The translations under genes were made by a program, and so were the position numbers. DNA of 64,000 nt from a phage. This document shows, one piece after another, positions 8,829 to 18,647 of this stretch. A model generated the notes under the pieces. The model was not told where the DNA came from. It was given only the letters and a program-made list of their open reading frames with translations, and made no database searches. Positions within the stretch are counted from its first letter, which is position 1; the number at the start of each line of letters is the position of its first letter. The stretch lies in the sequence record PV467749.1; one strand, given 5' to 3'.

Positions 8829-9524
8829 TTAGACCCACTCTTCCACGCCACCGCGACGTTTGACGAGATACTTACCTTCTTCGTTGCGTGGACCAAGGAT
8901 GATACCATCAATGAAACCATGTTCACCGTATTCGAGTGCTTCTTCAGCGTTCAACCACAGGTCACGATCCGCATCTTTCAGTAGTTGTTCGTGTGATACA
9001 CCAACTGCTTCAGCGATTTCTTTAGTCAGTAGTGTGTTCAATGCATCAGAGTGTTTCAAGGAAATCTTCTGATCAGTAATCAGACCCTGAGTACCGGAAC
9101 TTACTTGGTGACACATGAAGTAAGAACGCTTACCACCTAGACGGAAACCTTTAGTACCAACTACTGATTGTGTATAGCAACCCATTGATGCTGCATAACC
9201 CATTACTACTGTACGGATAGGAGATACACAAGACTTAGCAATGTCAGCGATACCCAAACCTGCGTGTACTGAACCACCAGGAGAACTAATGTAGAAGGTA
9301 ATTGGTTCAGAACCCTGAGAATCCAACCACACCAATTGTTGCTTGATGATATGTGCCATTTGGTCATTGAAGTCAGTATCAAGGAAAATGATACGGTCTT
9401 GCATCATACGAGATGCTAGATCATAAGTACGTTCTGCACCATTAACTTTTTCAACTACATAAGGAATAGAAATGTTGCGAACTTCACCACCAGCATAACC
9501 ACCAAAATTGAATTGTTCAACCAT
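8829..9524 (-). CDS. clpP: ATP-dependent Clp protease proteolytic subunit
   Basis: 231 aa; SSPGGSVHAGLGI, active-site context GYAASMG, and His in MCHQV. Confidence 0.9.
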   Translation of the reverse strand: MVEQFNFGGYAGGEVRNISIPYVVEKVNGAERTYDLASRMMQDRIIFLDTDFNDQMAHIIKQQLVWLDSQGSEPITFYISSPGGSVHAGLGIADIAKSCVSPIRTVVMGYAASMGCYTQSVVGTKGFRLGGKRSYFMCHQVSSGTQGLITDQKISLKHSDALNTLLTKEIAEAVGVSHEQLLKDADRDLWLNAEEALEYGEHGFIDGIILGPRNEEGKYLVKRRGGVEEWV

Positions 9525-9558
9525 TGTTATTTTCCTCTATTGTTTCATTGATGTGAGT

Positions 9559-9586
9559 ATTATATCACAGTGTTCGTATTTGTCTA
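9559..9586 (-). promoter_or_regulatory. sigma70-like promoter with extended -10
   Basis: Minus strand TAGACA-N16-TATAAT with TGA; the TAG of the -35 is the stop codon of 9584..9967. Confidence 0.55.
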
Positions 9587-9967
9587 CAAGTTTCTTAAAA
9601 AATCTAGTAAACCGCAAATTGTATGTTTATTAAACATATCGTGGTCAATCTTTAACAACTTAACCATAGCATTATCATACACCGTAGAGTCGGTAATGTC
9701 AAACAAAGAATTTGTGTAATAACGTTCATTTTCTACATAAATGTATAATTCATTTGATTTGTCAAGATCTTCATAGAAGTTAGCATCAAAGTACTCTGCA
9801 TTTCCATCAATCCAAACCTCAACTGAATCATCATCTAAGCAGTAGTTTCTTGCTTCTTTTGAATATATTTCCAGCTTTCTGGCTGCACTGGAGTAATGTT
9901 TATAACCATTAATTACGTACTTTATTTCATCATTGTACTCAATTACATACACAACGATATTTTCCAT
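9584..9967 (-). CDS. hypothetical protein
   Basis: 127-aa ORF. Confidence 0.6.
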   Translation of the reverse strand: MENIVVYVIEYNDEIKYVINGYKHYSSAARKLEIYSKEARNYCLDDDSVEVWIDGNAEYFDANFYEDLDKSNELYIYVENERYYTNSLFDITDSTVYDNAMVKLLKIDHDMFNKHTICGLLDFLRNL

Positions 9968-10362
9968 CAGTACACCCCTATTGACGCAAGAGCATGAAGA
10001 AATTCATATCGTATACCAACTGGGATGTCATCAAAATCAATCTCAATCATTCTTAGTGAATTTGAAAATTGTTCGTATTTAAAGAACGTATTAATTGATA
10101 AAGTACTGAATGGTAACACATCACCACGACTATCATCATGTACAAGAACATACACCTTTCCCACAAATGAATCTAAATCGTCTGCTTGTCTTACATCACT
10201 GATGAAGTTATACCTATCTTTCATCACAGTGCCAGTACCATCAGGATTGTAGTATTGGGTTTTATCACAAGAGTATAGTATACGCATACCCCATCGTCGA
10301 TACAAATGACAGCTACCCAATATAACAAGCATTTTGTCTTTTATATGCAATGTATATATCAT
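9967..10362 (-). CDS. hypothetical protein
   Basis: 131-aa ORF; start uncertain. Confidence 0.55.
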   Translation of the reverse strand: MIYTLHIKDKMLVILGSCHLYRRWGMRILYSCDKTQYYNPDGTGTVMKDRYNFISDVRQADDLDSFVGKVYVLVHDDSRGDVLPFSTLSINTFFKYEQFSNSLRMIEIDFDDIPVGIRYEFLHALASIGVY

Positions 10363-10371
10363 AGTAATTCC

Positions 10372-11163
10372 TTAGATTTCAAATACAAATTTAGGATCGT
10401 AATCGAAGTTCTCACATGCACCACTGTAAGATTCATAACCTCTTGGATTACAAATGATACGAGTTTTCCCAATGTTGTAGTCAAAGCTACTATGAACGTG
10501 ACCATGAATCCAAACATCAGCACCCAAATCTTCGATGTACTGGTCCATATCAGAACAATAACATCCATTCAGTGAGTCATTCTTGTATCTCGGAGATACA
10601 CTCTGATAACTTGGTGCATGATGTGTTACCACCACAACCTTGAAATCATTATCATTCATTAGACGAACTGTGTTAACTGAATTTTTGATAAATTGTTTAT
10701 CCTGATGATGCATGAACTCAACATCATCAGGTTTGAGCTTACGTTTCCACGGTTCTGATGTTGTTCCATGACGAATGTGTTTATAATCATTCATCTTTTG
10801 TTGAGCATCAAACTTAACCAGTGCGTTGCCTTTATCAAAGTCAGTCCACAGTGTACTACCAACCAGCAGTACACCATCCAGCCATACAAATTTGTTTTGC
10901 AAAAAGATGAAATTTGGAATCTCATCTTGCATATCGGACAGTACTTTATTAGTCTTGTGAATGTTTGAACCGTAGTACTCATGATTACCAGGAACCAGTA
11001 CTACATTCTTGAACTGCTTGCACAGGGATTCGATACCAGTACGATAACGACTGCGTTTAGCTTCATCAAAGTCCCCTGCAATAATCAGTACTGTATCACT
11101 GTAATCACCACTATGGAGGTAATCAGTGCCACCGTGTACGTCTGACGTTACAACAAATTTCAT
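10372..11163 (-). CDS. calcineurin-like metallophosphoesterase
   Basis: 263 aa; DVHGG, GDFDE, GNHEYY, THHAP, GHVHSS motifs. Confidence 0.85.
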   Translation of the reverse strand: MKFVVTSDVHGGTDYLHSGDYSDTVLIIAGDFDEAKRSRYRTGIESLCKQFKNVVLVPGNHEYYGSNIHKTNKVLSDMQDEIPNFIFLQNKFVWLDGVLLVGSTLWTDFDKGNALVKFDAQQKMNDYKHIRHGTTSEPWKRKLKPDDVEFMHHQDKQFIKNSVNTVRLMNDNDFKVVVVTHHAPSYQSVSPRYKNDSLNGCYCSDMDQYIEDLGADVWIHGHVHSSFDYNIGKTRIICNPRGYESYSGACENFDYDPKFVFEI

Positions 11164-11182
11164 AATTACCTCCTATAAATGA

Positions 11183-12601
11183 TTAACCAAGTGATTCAAG
11201 AATACTGTTAGAGAACACCTCAACAGCACTATCACGAATTTCTAAGATACGAGTATAGTCGTCACAAGTGTTTTTGTCAAATCTAAATTCAATAAACACA
11301 GGTAAAAATAGTGATGGTTCGCCAGTACGCTGATCATACACTATATCATTGCACTCCACGGTTACTACTTGACCAATGAGTTCTTGCATTCTTTCCCAAA
11401 TGGTTTTAAACGTCCATTCTGCGTCTTTCTCTTTAATTCCAGTACCTACATTAACTTTCAATGTACCACAAGCACTTTCCAGTTGTAAAGAACCAAGGCT
11501 ACCTTTACGCTTACCTTCACCTTCATTGAAACCAACAATACGCAAGTCCAATTGCATTTTAAGTTTCATTTTCAATTGCTTAGGAGAAGTGTGAGATTTC
11601 CAGATACCATCTTCACATTTCAGTACTGAACCCTCTTCACCTTCGTTCATTAGTTCACTATTGTACTCAAATGCTTCTTTGATGTTTAGAACTTTACGGA
11701 ATCCAACCATACGAACAAAATCACTACCGAGTTCGTTAATTGCATCTACTAAGATCTCGCGGCGTTCTTTGCGTTTTACATTCCATACACCTTCACAAAA
11801 TGCATCATATGGAACAACATCCCAGAGAACGAATACAGTACGCATTGCTTCATTCTGACTGATGCTATCTTTACCAGCTTTCTGGATAATACCGTTACCA
11901 GTAGTGCGTGGGAGAATGGTTTCTCCATCATTGTCCAGTACTACACCTTCACCCATAAAGACTACACCACTACTAAAACGTTCATCTTTACTTTGGATGA
12001 TGTGAGCAAGACCTGCCATTTCACCATCACGACAACCCAGGAAGTCGTATAGTTTACCATTACGGGATGTAGAAGTTAATGAACCATTAATGACAACGTG
12101 GTTCAAGTACTGACCATCCATTTTAACTTCTGATATAGCATAACCATAATCTTTGAAGTTAATGTTCTTTGCAGTCTTTTTGTCAATCAACGAACAACGC
12201 ATGTATGGTTCGTCTTTGATAAAACCTTTCCCGAACACATCATTGCAGTTCTTTTCTTGGATACCACAATCAAGGTTCTTCGTGAGCATTTTACGAAGAA
12301 CTTCCTGGTCATCTTCTGATACAGAACCCAGCACTGAAGCAATGAAGTCACGCCCAGCATTTCCGGTCACACCACGTTTGTAAATGCATTCTAGCTTATC
12401 AATTGCTTCGTCTAATGTCATATGTTGGTATACATCATCAGCTTGTGGTAGCTTTTTATACCCACTTACAATTGAAGGGTCTAGTGTATATTTCAGTACT
12501 TTTTGTAATGTTTGGTTATCTTTGTTTTGTTCAAGGATAGCTTTTTTACCCAGAGTACTGCTAGTATTTTTAATGCTTTCAAGAATTGCTAAAATGCTCA
12601 T
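11183..12601 (-). CDS. ATP-dependent DNA ligase
   Basis: 472 aa; adenylation motif I EVKMDGQ (KxDG); size and layout like T4-type ligases. Confidence 0.85.
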   Translation of the reverse strand: MSILAILESIKNTSSTLGKKAILEQNKDNQTLQKVLKYTLDPSIVSGYKKLPQADDVYQHMTLDEAIDKLECIYKRGVTGNAGRDFIASVLGSVSEDDQEVLRKMLTKNLDCGIQEKNCNDVFGKGFIKDEPYMRCSLIDKKTAKNINFKDYGYAISEVKMDGQYLNHVVINGSLTSTSRNGKLYDFLGCRDGEMAGLAHIIQSKDERFSSGVVFMGEGVVLDNDGETILPRTTGNGIIQKAGKDSISQNEAMRTVFVLWDVVPYDAFCEGVWNVKRKERREILVDAINELGSDFVRMVGFRKVLNIKEAFEYNSELMNEGEEGSVLKCEDGIWKSHTSPKQLKMKLKMQLDLRIVGFNEGEGKRKGSLGSLQLESACGTLKVNVGTGIKEKDAEWTFKTIWERMQELIGQVVTVECNDIVYDQRTGEPSLFLPVFIEFRFDKNTCDDYTRILEIRDSAVEVFSNSILESLG

Positions 12602-12612
12602 TGTATATTCCC

Positions 12613-13815
12613 TTATAGATAATACTTTCCAATGTAAAGTTTATTACTTAGTGATAGCTGGACGTGACAAGGTTTTTCTTGGTAGTAACGAGTTGATGAT
12701 GTTTTATTTTCAGTCGGTGGGAAGAAAGGAGAACGGTATCCGTTCCATGTACCAAATGATACATGTTCGTTTAAATCCACATCCATTGTCATAATACCAT
12801 TAGCATCAATTTCAACTGGATACGCACTGTATCGTTCAAATACATCAGTGTATTGAAGAATATAATCACCATTACGACCATAATAACTTCTGGTTGTATT
12901 GTTCTTTACACCAAAGAACACACGATATGCTTGGTCACCAACTTTAGACATGAACGGTACGTTCTCGTTGAATCGTCCATTACTCATTATATCATCAGGA
13001 TTGATTTCTTCGTACTTTACTTTCAAATCTTGTGCTTTAAACGACTTATCACTTATCAGTACTGGAATATTGCTTTCACATAATGGGTTACTGCGATTTC
13101 GTTGGATATTTTGCCAAAATGCATTAGCTTTAACAATTTCATCTTGAACTGTAGTTTTTACATTCAGTGCAGCACTTGGTTCTAACGCATAAGTTTCAAG
13201 ACGAGCATTAAGAGCATATGTCCCACGAGTAGTATTATATACTAAGTGATACTTGGAACTCTTATCAGAAAATGAAAACTCTTTAGTTTTCTTGATACAA
13301 ATAGCATTTACTTTACCACAATAATAGTAATCTTCTTTATTGTGTCTAAAACCATCACCCACTTTCAATTTAGAAACAACTTCTTTTTGATGTTCTTTCT
13401 TATTCTCCTTCTCAACCAATTTAGCAAAGGTTTTAGTTTTACCGTTAATTAGTTCTAAACTATTATTAAAGAACATAGGTTCAACAAATACACCCTTAAC
13501 AATATCATTGTTGATGATAAGGTCGTTCATGTTTTTAGCACTCACCAAGAACTCGAAACCTTCAGGGTGACGTATGGTGAAGTATGTTTCGCGAGCATGA
13601 ACAGTGAGCTTATGTACCACAGAAAACCCAATTGTAGGCACATTATCAATCCATAGTGAAGGTAGATTGTTTTTCTTAGCCCAGTACTCGGCCTTTTCTT
13701 TTTTAGTCTCAAACGCTTTTGTGTGTGATTTTGTAGCATCTATAATGTAACCAGTAACTTGGTTATGATTTACATATGAACGAGCCACAAATAACTTCTC
13801 TGGAAAATCCATCAA
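12613..13815 (-). CDS. hypothetical protein
   Basis: 400-aa ORF. Confidence 0.7.
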   Translation of the reverse strand: MMDFPEKLFVARSYVNHNQVTGYIIDATKSHTKAFETKKEKAEYWAKKNNLPSLWIDNVPTIGFSVVHKLTVHARETYFTIRHPEGFEFLVSAKNMNDLIINNDIVKGVFVEPMFFNNSLELINGKTKTFAKLVEKENKKEHQKEVVSKLKVGDGFRHNKEDYYYCGKVNAICIKKTKEFSFSDKSSKYHLVYNTTRGTYALNARLETYALEPSAALNVKTTVQDEIVKANAFWQNIQRNRSNPLCESNIPVLISDKSFKAQDLKVKYEEINPDDIMSNGRFNENVPFMSKVGDQAYRVFFGVKNNTTRSYYGRNGDYILQYTDVFERYSAYPVEIDANGIMTMDVDLNEHVSFGTWNGYRSPFFPPTENKTSSTRYYQEKPCHVQLSLSNKLYIGKYYL

Positions 13816-14231
13816 ACAGTCCTCATTGTGCTAATTGCTTTTAATGTGTTAAACAATGCACCATATTTTACTTGCATTAGTTGATCCCCAGTAGGAAGAT
13901 TCATACGCATAACAGACATGTCTTCAACCATTTCAGATGTACATAGTACTGCTACACATGTAGTTGCATCATTTAATCCGGCTTCATTGAATTTAGCGAA
14001 TGGCACTTTTCCCTGCTTACAAAGGTCATCATAATAAGAATTTAACTTATCATGACCACCAGCATTTAGTACTACAATAGTTTCGTGGTCATAATACCAT
14101 TCATCAATAATAGTACTGAAAGCAGTACCTTCATATTCTTTAATTAGTTTTATGCCAGCATGAAATGCTTGAATGCCAGCTTGGACACCTTGACAGTACA
14201 TGTTTGTTAAACAATATAATTTCATTTCCAT
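13812..14231 (-). CDS. hypothetical protein
   Basis: 139 aa; faint resemblance to the Pth2-like pattern (QGVQAGIQAFHA) is not enough to call. Confidence 0.6.
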   Translation of the reverse strand: MEMKLYCLTNMYCQGVQAGIQAFHAGIKLIKEYEGTAFSTIIDEWYYDHETIVVLNAGGHDKLNSYYDDLCKQGKVPFAKFNEAGLNDATTCVAVLCTSEMVEDMSVMRMNLPTGDQLMQVKYGALFNTLKAISTMRTV

Positions 14232-14449
14232 ACCTCTTGTTTTTCTACAAACCCTTTACCATCACAATGTGGACAAGCATAATAACTGCGATAGTCTTCA
14301 GATGGAACTTGTTGTGTACCATTACATGTAGGGCACACTTTACGTGTACCAGAAATAATACGTTCATGGTGTTCAGCTTGTTTTGCTGAATCAAAAATAC
14401 GACCATCTTCGGTTTGGTATTTTTCTACCATAACTTGAATTACTTTCAT
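14222..14449 (-). CDS. small zinc-finger protein (DnaJ-type CxxCxG motifs)
   Basis: 75 aa; CPTCNGTQQV and CPHCDGKGFV. Confidence 0.6.
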   Translation of the reverse strand: MKVIQVMVEKYQTEDGRIFDSAKQAEHHERIISGTRKVCPTCNGTQQVPSEDYRSYYACPHCDGKGFVEKQEVWK

Positions 14450-14459
14450 TTCTATTTCC

Positions 14460-14729
14460 TTATAAAAATGTTAAATATTCAGTACTTAATTGTAATAATT
14501 TACCATCATATTCAATTTCAACATATACATCTTGGTCATAAACAGCAACTACACGACTAATAACTCCACTCTTCACCACATTCTTTTTGTAGTTGAATTC
14601 AACTGAGCAACCAATAAGTTTCTTTGATAGAATCTCACGTATTTGATTAGCATGGTCTTTTAGGATAGAATTAATAGATTTTTTCACAACATATCTATCA
14701 TTTAAGTATTTTTTAACTACATCATGCAT
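14460..14729 (-). CDS. small helix-plus-beta protein, unknown function
   Basis: Start moved to ATG 14729 (AAGG RBS), 89 aa; N-terminal helix then KLIGCSVEF... Confidence 0.55.
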   Translation of the reverse strand: MHDVVKKYLNDRYVVKKSINSILKDHANQIREILSKKLIGCSVEFNYKKNVVKSGVISRVVAVYDQDVYVEIEYDGKLLQLSTEYLTFL

Positions 14730-14733
14730 ATTA

Positions 14734-15477
14734 TTACCTTTTGAAGCGGTTAAATGAGTACTCATCTTTTTCTTTACGTAAGTATCTCATCCCTCCACTT
14801 TGGGGAGTTGCAAGAGTCAAATCACCAGTTAAGAACTGACTATCAATCCAGATACGATTACCATAAATGAGTGGGTCGGATACTGCGGTATGACCACTAA
14901 AGACGCAATGGATACCATCAAGTCTAGGGACGTAATATGTGTTATTTTTCTTGCAGTAGTCGAATGTATCACGGTCCCACAAGCACTTCTCAATTATATC
15001 AGCACTAAGTGATTTTGTCCCACTAACGAAACGTTCCCATGTTGTATATTCCAATGGAACACCAGCATGAACTAGTCCAATCTTCAATCCTCGGTGATTG
15101 ATTTGGATAATCATAGGGAGATCCTTTAAGTACTGACGGAAGAACTGTATACCTGTCTCACCAACTTCATCAATGAACTTATCTCCACCATTTTGTACCC
15201 AACAGTGATGCCAGTCACGGTGAGTTTCAGAATCAACACACATGATCTCGTGGTTCCCAGCAATCATAAAACGGTTTTCACCGAAAAGGAATTCAAACAG
15301 TAGTTTGGAATTCTGGTCACCACGGTCAATAACATCACCTACACAAAAAACATAGTCATTATTGGTGATACCAAATTCTTTCTTGGTAGCATCCCACAGT
15401 TTTCCGTTGCCGTGTAAATCACCAACGATATATAAATCTTTATCATCCGGTACTGTAACTTCCAAAAAATGTTTCAT
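14734..15477 (-). CDS. Ser/Thr protein phosphatase-family metallophosphoesterase
   Basis: Start at ATG 15477 (TAATG overlap), 247 aa; GDLHGN, GDVIDRGDQN, GNHE, HAG, GHT motifs. Confidence 0.85.
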   Translation of the reverse strand: MKHFLEVTVPDDKDLYIVGDLHGNGKLWDATKKEFGITNNDYVFCVGDVIDRGDQNSKLLFEFLFGENRFMIAGNHEIMCVDSETHRDWHHCWVQNGGDKFIDEVGETGIQFFRQYLKDLPMIIQINHRGLKIGLVHAGVPLEYTTWERFVSGTKSLSADIIEKCLWDRDTFDYCKKNNTYYVPRLDGIHCVFSGHTAVSDPLIYGNRIWIDSQFLTGDLTLATPQSGGMRYLRKEKDEYSFNRFKR

Positions 15478-15731
15478 TATTGTTCCAACCATATAATGTT
15501 AGTGTGTTTTGTAACTTGTGTTCCTGCAAAAGAACCATCTTTAAGATACGTATTAACTTTGAAACGCCATTCACCACCGCTAATATACATATCAGCGATA
15601 ATGTACTTCCCATAACCCCTTGAGTTTATCAAACGTACTTCTTGTCCAATATACTTCGGCTTCAAATCATTAATAAAATCATCAGCCAAAGACATAAGAT
15701 ATCGCAAATGTGAATAGTCGGTGTTGAACAT
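15477..15731 (-). CDS. small helix-plus-beta protein, unknown function
   Basis: Start moved to ATG 15731 (TAATG overlap), 84 aa: MFNTDYSHLRYLMSLADDF...KYIGQEVRL. Confidence 0.55.
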   Translation of the reverse strand: MFNTDYSHLRYLMSLADDFINDLKPKYIGQEVRLINSRGYGKYIIADMYISGGEWRFKVNTYLKDGSFAGTQVTKHTNIIWLEQ

Positions 15732-15946
15732 TATTTCTTTCTCTTGAAGTGGGATATAATATCTTTTGTTATTGAGATAAAAAGATACACCATAGTTACA
15801 GGCCAAATTATAGCCATCAGTGCTGCTGATTGTAGACTCATTGCAGTTATGATTTCATCTTTGAAACATTTCCAATTCAGTACTAGAAAGTTACATATAA
15901 ATGAGCAAAACGCAACAAATCCATATATTGCAAAAAAGGTAGTCAT
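15731..15946 (-). CDS. small membrane protein
   Basis: 71 aa, two hydrophobic helices. Confidence 0.5.
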   Translation of the reverse strand: MTTFFAIYGFVAFCSFICNFLVLNWKCFKDEIITAMSLQSAALMAIIWPVTMVYLFISITKDIISHFKRKK

Positions 15947-15948
15947 TA

Positions 15949-16281
15949 TTATTCCTCATCAACTTGAATAAGATATTCTAAACTTATTTCATCACCAAAG
16001 GCAGCGGCATCAATTGCATCGTGATTGATGTATTCTACTTGTGCAATTAAACGTATACCGTATTTCATAATTTCAATAATTCTCATTCTTGTATTGGGAT
16101 TTATGTACTGGTAGTATGATTCATACTCTGGATCATCGTCCATTTCCGCATATCGGTTGATGTACTCGTCAGTAAATTTTACTATCTTACCGACGAGTTC
16201 TGTTTCTGCACTTTTATAGAAATCATCTTTCATTTGATGCAACGCAATCAAGTACTGATTATATTGTGCAAGATGTTTCAT
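15949..16281 (-). CDS. hypothetical protein
   Basis: 110-aa ORF. Confidence 0.6.
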   Translation of the reverse strand: MKHLAQYNQYLIALHQMKDDFYKSAETELVGKIVKFTDEYINRYAEMDDDPEYESYYQYINPNTRMRIIEIMKYGIRLIAQVEYINHDAIDAAAFGDEISLEYLIQVDEE

Positions 16282-16283
16282 TG

Positions 16284-16880
16284 TTAATCACAGCTACCGG
16301 AACTAGAACTTGAGCTTGAATCACAACTAGAGCTATCATATGAACCAGTATCAGCAGAAGAGATATATGGTGTCACGACTGCTGCTGCGGTAGTTGCTGC
16401 AATAATATGGGAAGTATGGTCGTGTGTACCTTGTTGTGGTTCATCTTGGACTTTGTTTTTATTCTTCCCTTTAGTATAGCGAGCTTTCTTTGTAGTTTTG
16501 GTGTTCTTTGGTGCTTTAGTACTTTTCGGTGCTGCTTTAGGCTTTACTTCATTAACTACAGGAACAACAGTAACATTAACTTTAGGGTCAGATTCATCAA
16601 GTGCATTGTGAACATTCACTTGCATTTGAACTTCAACTTTAAGTTCTTCTTGTTCTTCAGGAATAACTTTTTCAGGTTCTGGTGTAACCTGATCACGTTT
16701 ATCATTAATCATGAAGTTGATATTACGTTCACCTAGCACTAATAAAGTAACGATGGTGAGTACTGGGGTTAGTACTAGACTAAGTAGTACATAGCCGATA
16801 ACACTACGATTGTAATTGTATGCAAGCATACCTGCAATAACTACACCAAGTACACTAATAACTGCTGCGATTGTTAACAT
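16284..16880 (-). CDS. membrane protein with Lys-rich linker and Ser/Cys-rich tail
   Basis: 198 aa; two N-terminal TM helices, KPKAAPKSTKAPKNTKTTKKARYTKGKNKNK, C-terminus SSCDSSSSSSSGSCD. Confidence 0.6.
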   Translation of the reverse strand: MLTIAAVISVLGVVIAGMLAYNYNRSVIGYVLLSLVLTPVLTIVTLLVLGERNINFMINDKRDQVTPEPEKVIPEEQEELKVEVQMQVNVHNALDESDPKVNVTVVPVVNEVKPKAAPKSTKAPKNTKTTKKARYTKGKNKNKVQDEPQQGTHDHTSHIIAATTAAAVVTPYISSADTGSYDSSSCDSSSSSSSGSCD

Positions 16881-17184
16881 ATTCTACTCCTTTGTATATA
16901 AATTTACCAATATCTTCGATGTATAAACAGATTCCATCTCGTTCATTTAACACAAGCCAATCACCAAAACCACAACTGATGTTGCATATATTAAATTCTT
17001 CAATACCATCCGGTGAATACGCAATGAATGGACATATTTCATCTGATATACCATTTACATAGTTATTACATATTAAATCAAATGTATGTGAACTATAAGA
17101 ATTATCAGTACTGAAAATGTGCATTAATGAACTAGATAGAATTACTATTGTTTTTTCCCACATTTTTAAAAAATCGTTATTCAC
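16855..17184 (-). CDS. hypothetical protein
   Basis: 109-aa ORF downstream of a promoter. Confidence 0.55.
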   Translation of the reverse strand: MNNDFLKMWEKTIVILSSSLMHIFSTDNSYSSHTFDLICNNYVNGISDEICPFIAYSPDGIEEFNICNISCGFGDWLVLNERDGICLYIEDIGKFIYKGVEYVNNRSSY

Positions 17185-17215
17185 AACAACTACTCCATGT
17201 CAGTGTTGTAATGAA

Positions 17216-17243
17216 ATTATATCACCGAATCAAGATATGTCTC
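17216..17243 (-). promoter_or_regulatory. sigma70-like promoter with extended -10
   Basis: Minus strand GAGACA-N16-TATAAT with TGA; -35 overlaps the TGA stop of 17242..17547. Confidence 0.55.
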
Positions 17244-17547
17244 ATGAGATTCGCATTTCATCCAGATATAAACTACATGCTTCGAAATTGTTGTCAGCAC
17301 TTAAACCTAAATCAACCATCAGACCACAATGCGTTCCACAGAATTTCTTTATGTATAGTTTCTTATTGTTTGTACCTAAGTCGTATACATATTCATTTTC
17401 GAAAATAGTTTTTAAATCATTACAAATACTTTTTACTATCTTCATTACATCATTATGATACTCATATGGTATTCCATCTAGTTCATCAATGATAATAGCA
17501 AAACCATTGTCATAGTACTTTAGTTTATTGAATGTTTGTATATCCAT
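17242..17547 (-). CDS. hypothetical protein
   Basis: 101-aa ORF. Confidence 0.6.
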   Translation of the reverse strand: MDIQTFNKLKYYDNGFAIIIDELDGIPYEYHNDVMKIVKSICNDLKTIFENEYVYDLGTNNKKLYIKKFCGTHCGLMVDLGLSADNNFEACSLYLDEMRIS

Positions 17548-17844
17548 TTAATATATAATCTCACTTACTTCTATGGTGTAGACACCATCATCAGTCATTA
17601 ATCTAACTGCAACTTTAATATTACTAGACATTCGTGTAACTATCAATCCAATAATTATACCATTCTTTAAAGTACCATTATGGTATCTAACTTTTACTTC
17701 AGTTTTATTATCAATTAAGTATCTTCTAATTATGTGTATTTCCGTTCTAAACAGTTCTAAATAAACTTCACTATACTCCTTATCAGAACCATCAGCACAG
17801 CTATACAATAAATGTACCTGTTCTAACAAAAGTTTTAAATTCAT
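17548..17844 (-). CDS. small helix-plus-beta protein, unknown function
   Basis: 98-aa ORF. Confidence 0.6.
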   Translation of the reverse strand: MNLKLLLEQVHLLYSCADGSDKEYSEVYLELFRTEIHIIRRYLIDNKTEVKVRYHNGTLKNGIIIGLIVTRMSSNIKVAVRLMTDDGVYTIEVSEIIY

Positions 17845-18143
17845 AAGAACCTCACAGATTTAATATTACTTGTTACATGTTTAAACACAGTGTTATTGAA
17901 TACATAACAAATAGTATTAAGAGATTTATAAAAATTAACATCAGTTATTACTGCTTTGGAACCATTGATTAAGCACTGTGATGACGGTAATTTATTTTCT
18001 AATATATTCTTTTCATCTGAACAAAGTGTTCCAATACAATCATAATATAAAGGCTCACCAACTTTATCAGTACTAAGAAAATCGAAAGCAAGATCATCTA
18101 TTAGTTTTATGTAATTGAATAAATTTTGATAGTACTCATTCAT
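17841..18143 (-). CDS. hypothetical protein
   Basis: Start moved to ATG 18143 (8-nt overlap with the upstream stop), 100 aa. Confidence 0.55.
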   Translation of the reverse strand: MNEYYQNLFNYIKLIDDLAFDFLSTDKVGEPLYYDCIGTLCSDEKNILENKLPSSQCLINGSKAVITDVNFYKSLNTICYVFNNTVFKHVTSNIKSVRFL

Positions 18144-18390
18144 TGTCAATCCTCTTGAATTTAGCATTATTCGAATAAGTATATGAATGTCCAAAATCAT
18201 TTACACCATGCACATTCAATACACCGTCGATGAAATAGATTCGGTCAATGGTGAGTTCACGTTTATAATCCGAATCATCATACCAGCACAGAACACGAAT
18301 ACCTTTATACTTTGTAGTTAGCTCTTTTTCTAATGTAACTAAGTACTCAATATAACTTTTGAATAGCTCTAAGTCCTGCTCAAACATCAC
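18136..18390 (-). CDS. small helix-plus-beta protein, unknown function
   Basis: 84 aa; helix then KYKGIRVLCWYD. Confidence 0.6.
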   Translation of the reverse strand: MMFEQDLELFKSYIEYLVTLEKELTTKYKGIRVLCWYDDSDYKRELTIDRIYFIDGVLNVHGVNDFGHSYTYSNNAKFKRIDNE

Positions 18391-18647
18391 TGTTCCTCGT
18401 ATAATTCTATGTCATCGACACCAACTTGGCGAATTGCATTGCTTCTTTTGAATGTATCTTTTTCAAATAAACACACAGTTAAACGTATTTCACACTTCAA
18501 TGCACTGTAATAAATCATATCAATAACACCATATGTTTCATACATTTCTACGTATACATTTCGTCCTAAGTACTTTTCTTCTAAATCAGTAATTAGACTA
18601 TTGATAAGATTACCTATCTGTGATATATCTGTGTGAAATTTATCCAT
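18387..18647 (-). CDS. small helix-plus-beta protein, unknown function
   Basis: 86 aa; helix then KYLGRNVYVEMY. Confidence 0.6.
   Translation of the reverse strand: MDKFHTDISQIGNLINSLITDLEEKYLGRNVYVEMYETYGVIDMIYYSALKCEIRLTVCLFEKDTFKRSNAIRQVGVDDIELYEEQ

Noticed and set aside
4347-9524. ClpP or the HslV-like hydrolase as the cognate protease for the FQ 'site'
   Set aside because: Neither fold is known for sequence-specific Gln|x endoproteolysis of the 3C/NIa kind. The adjacency within the same 64 kb is weak evidence. It is kept only as a speculative remark, not a call.
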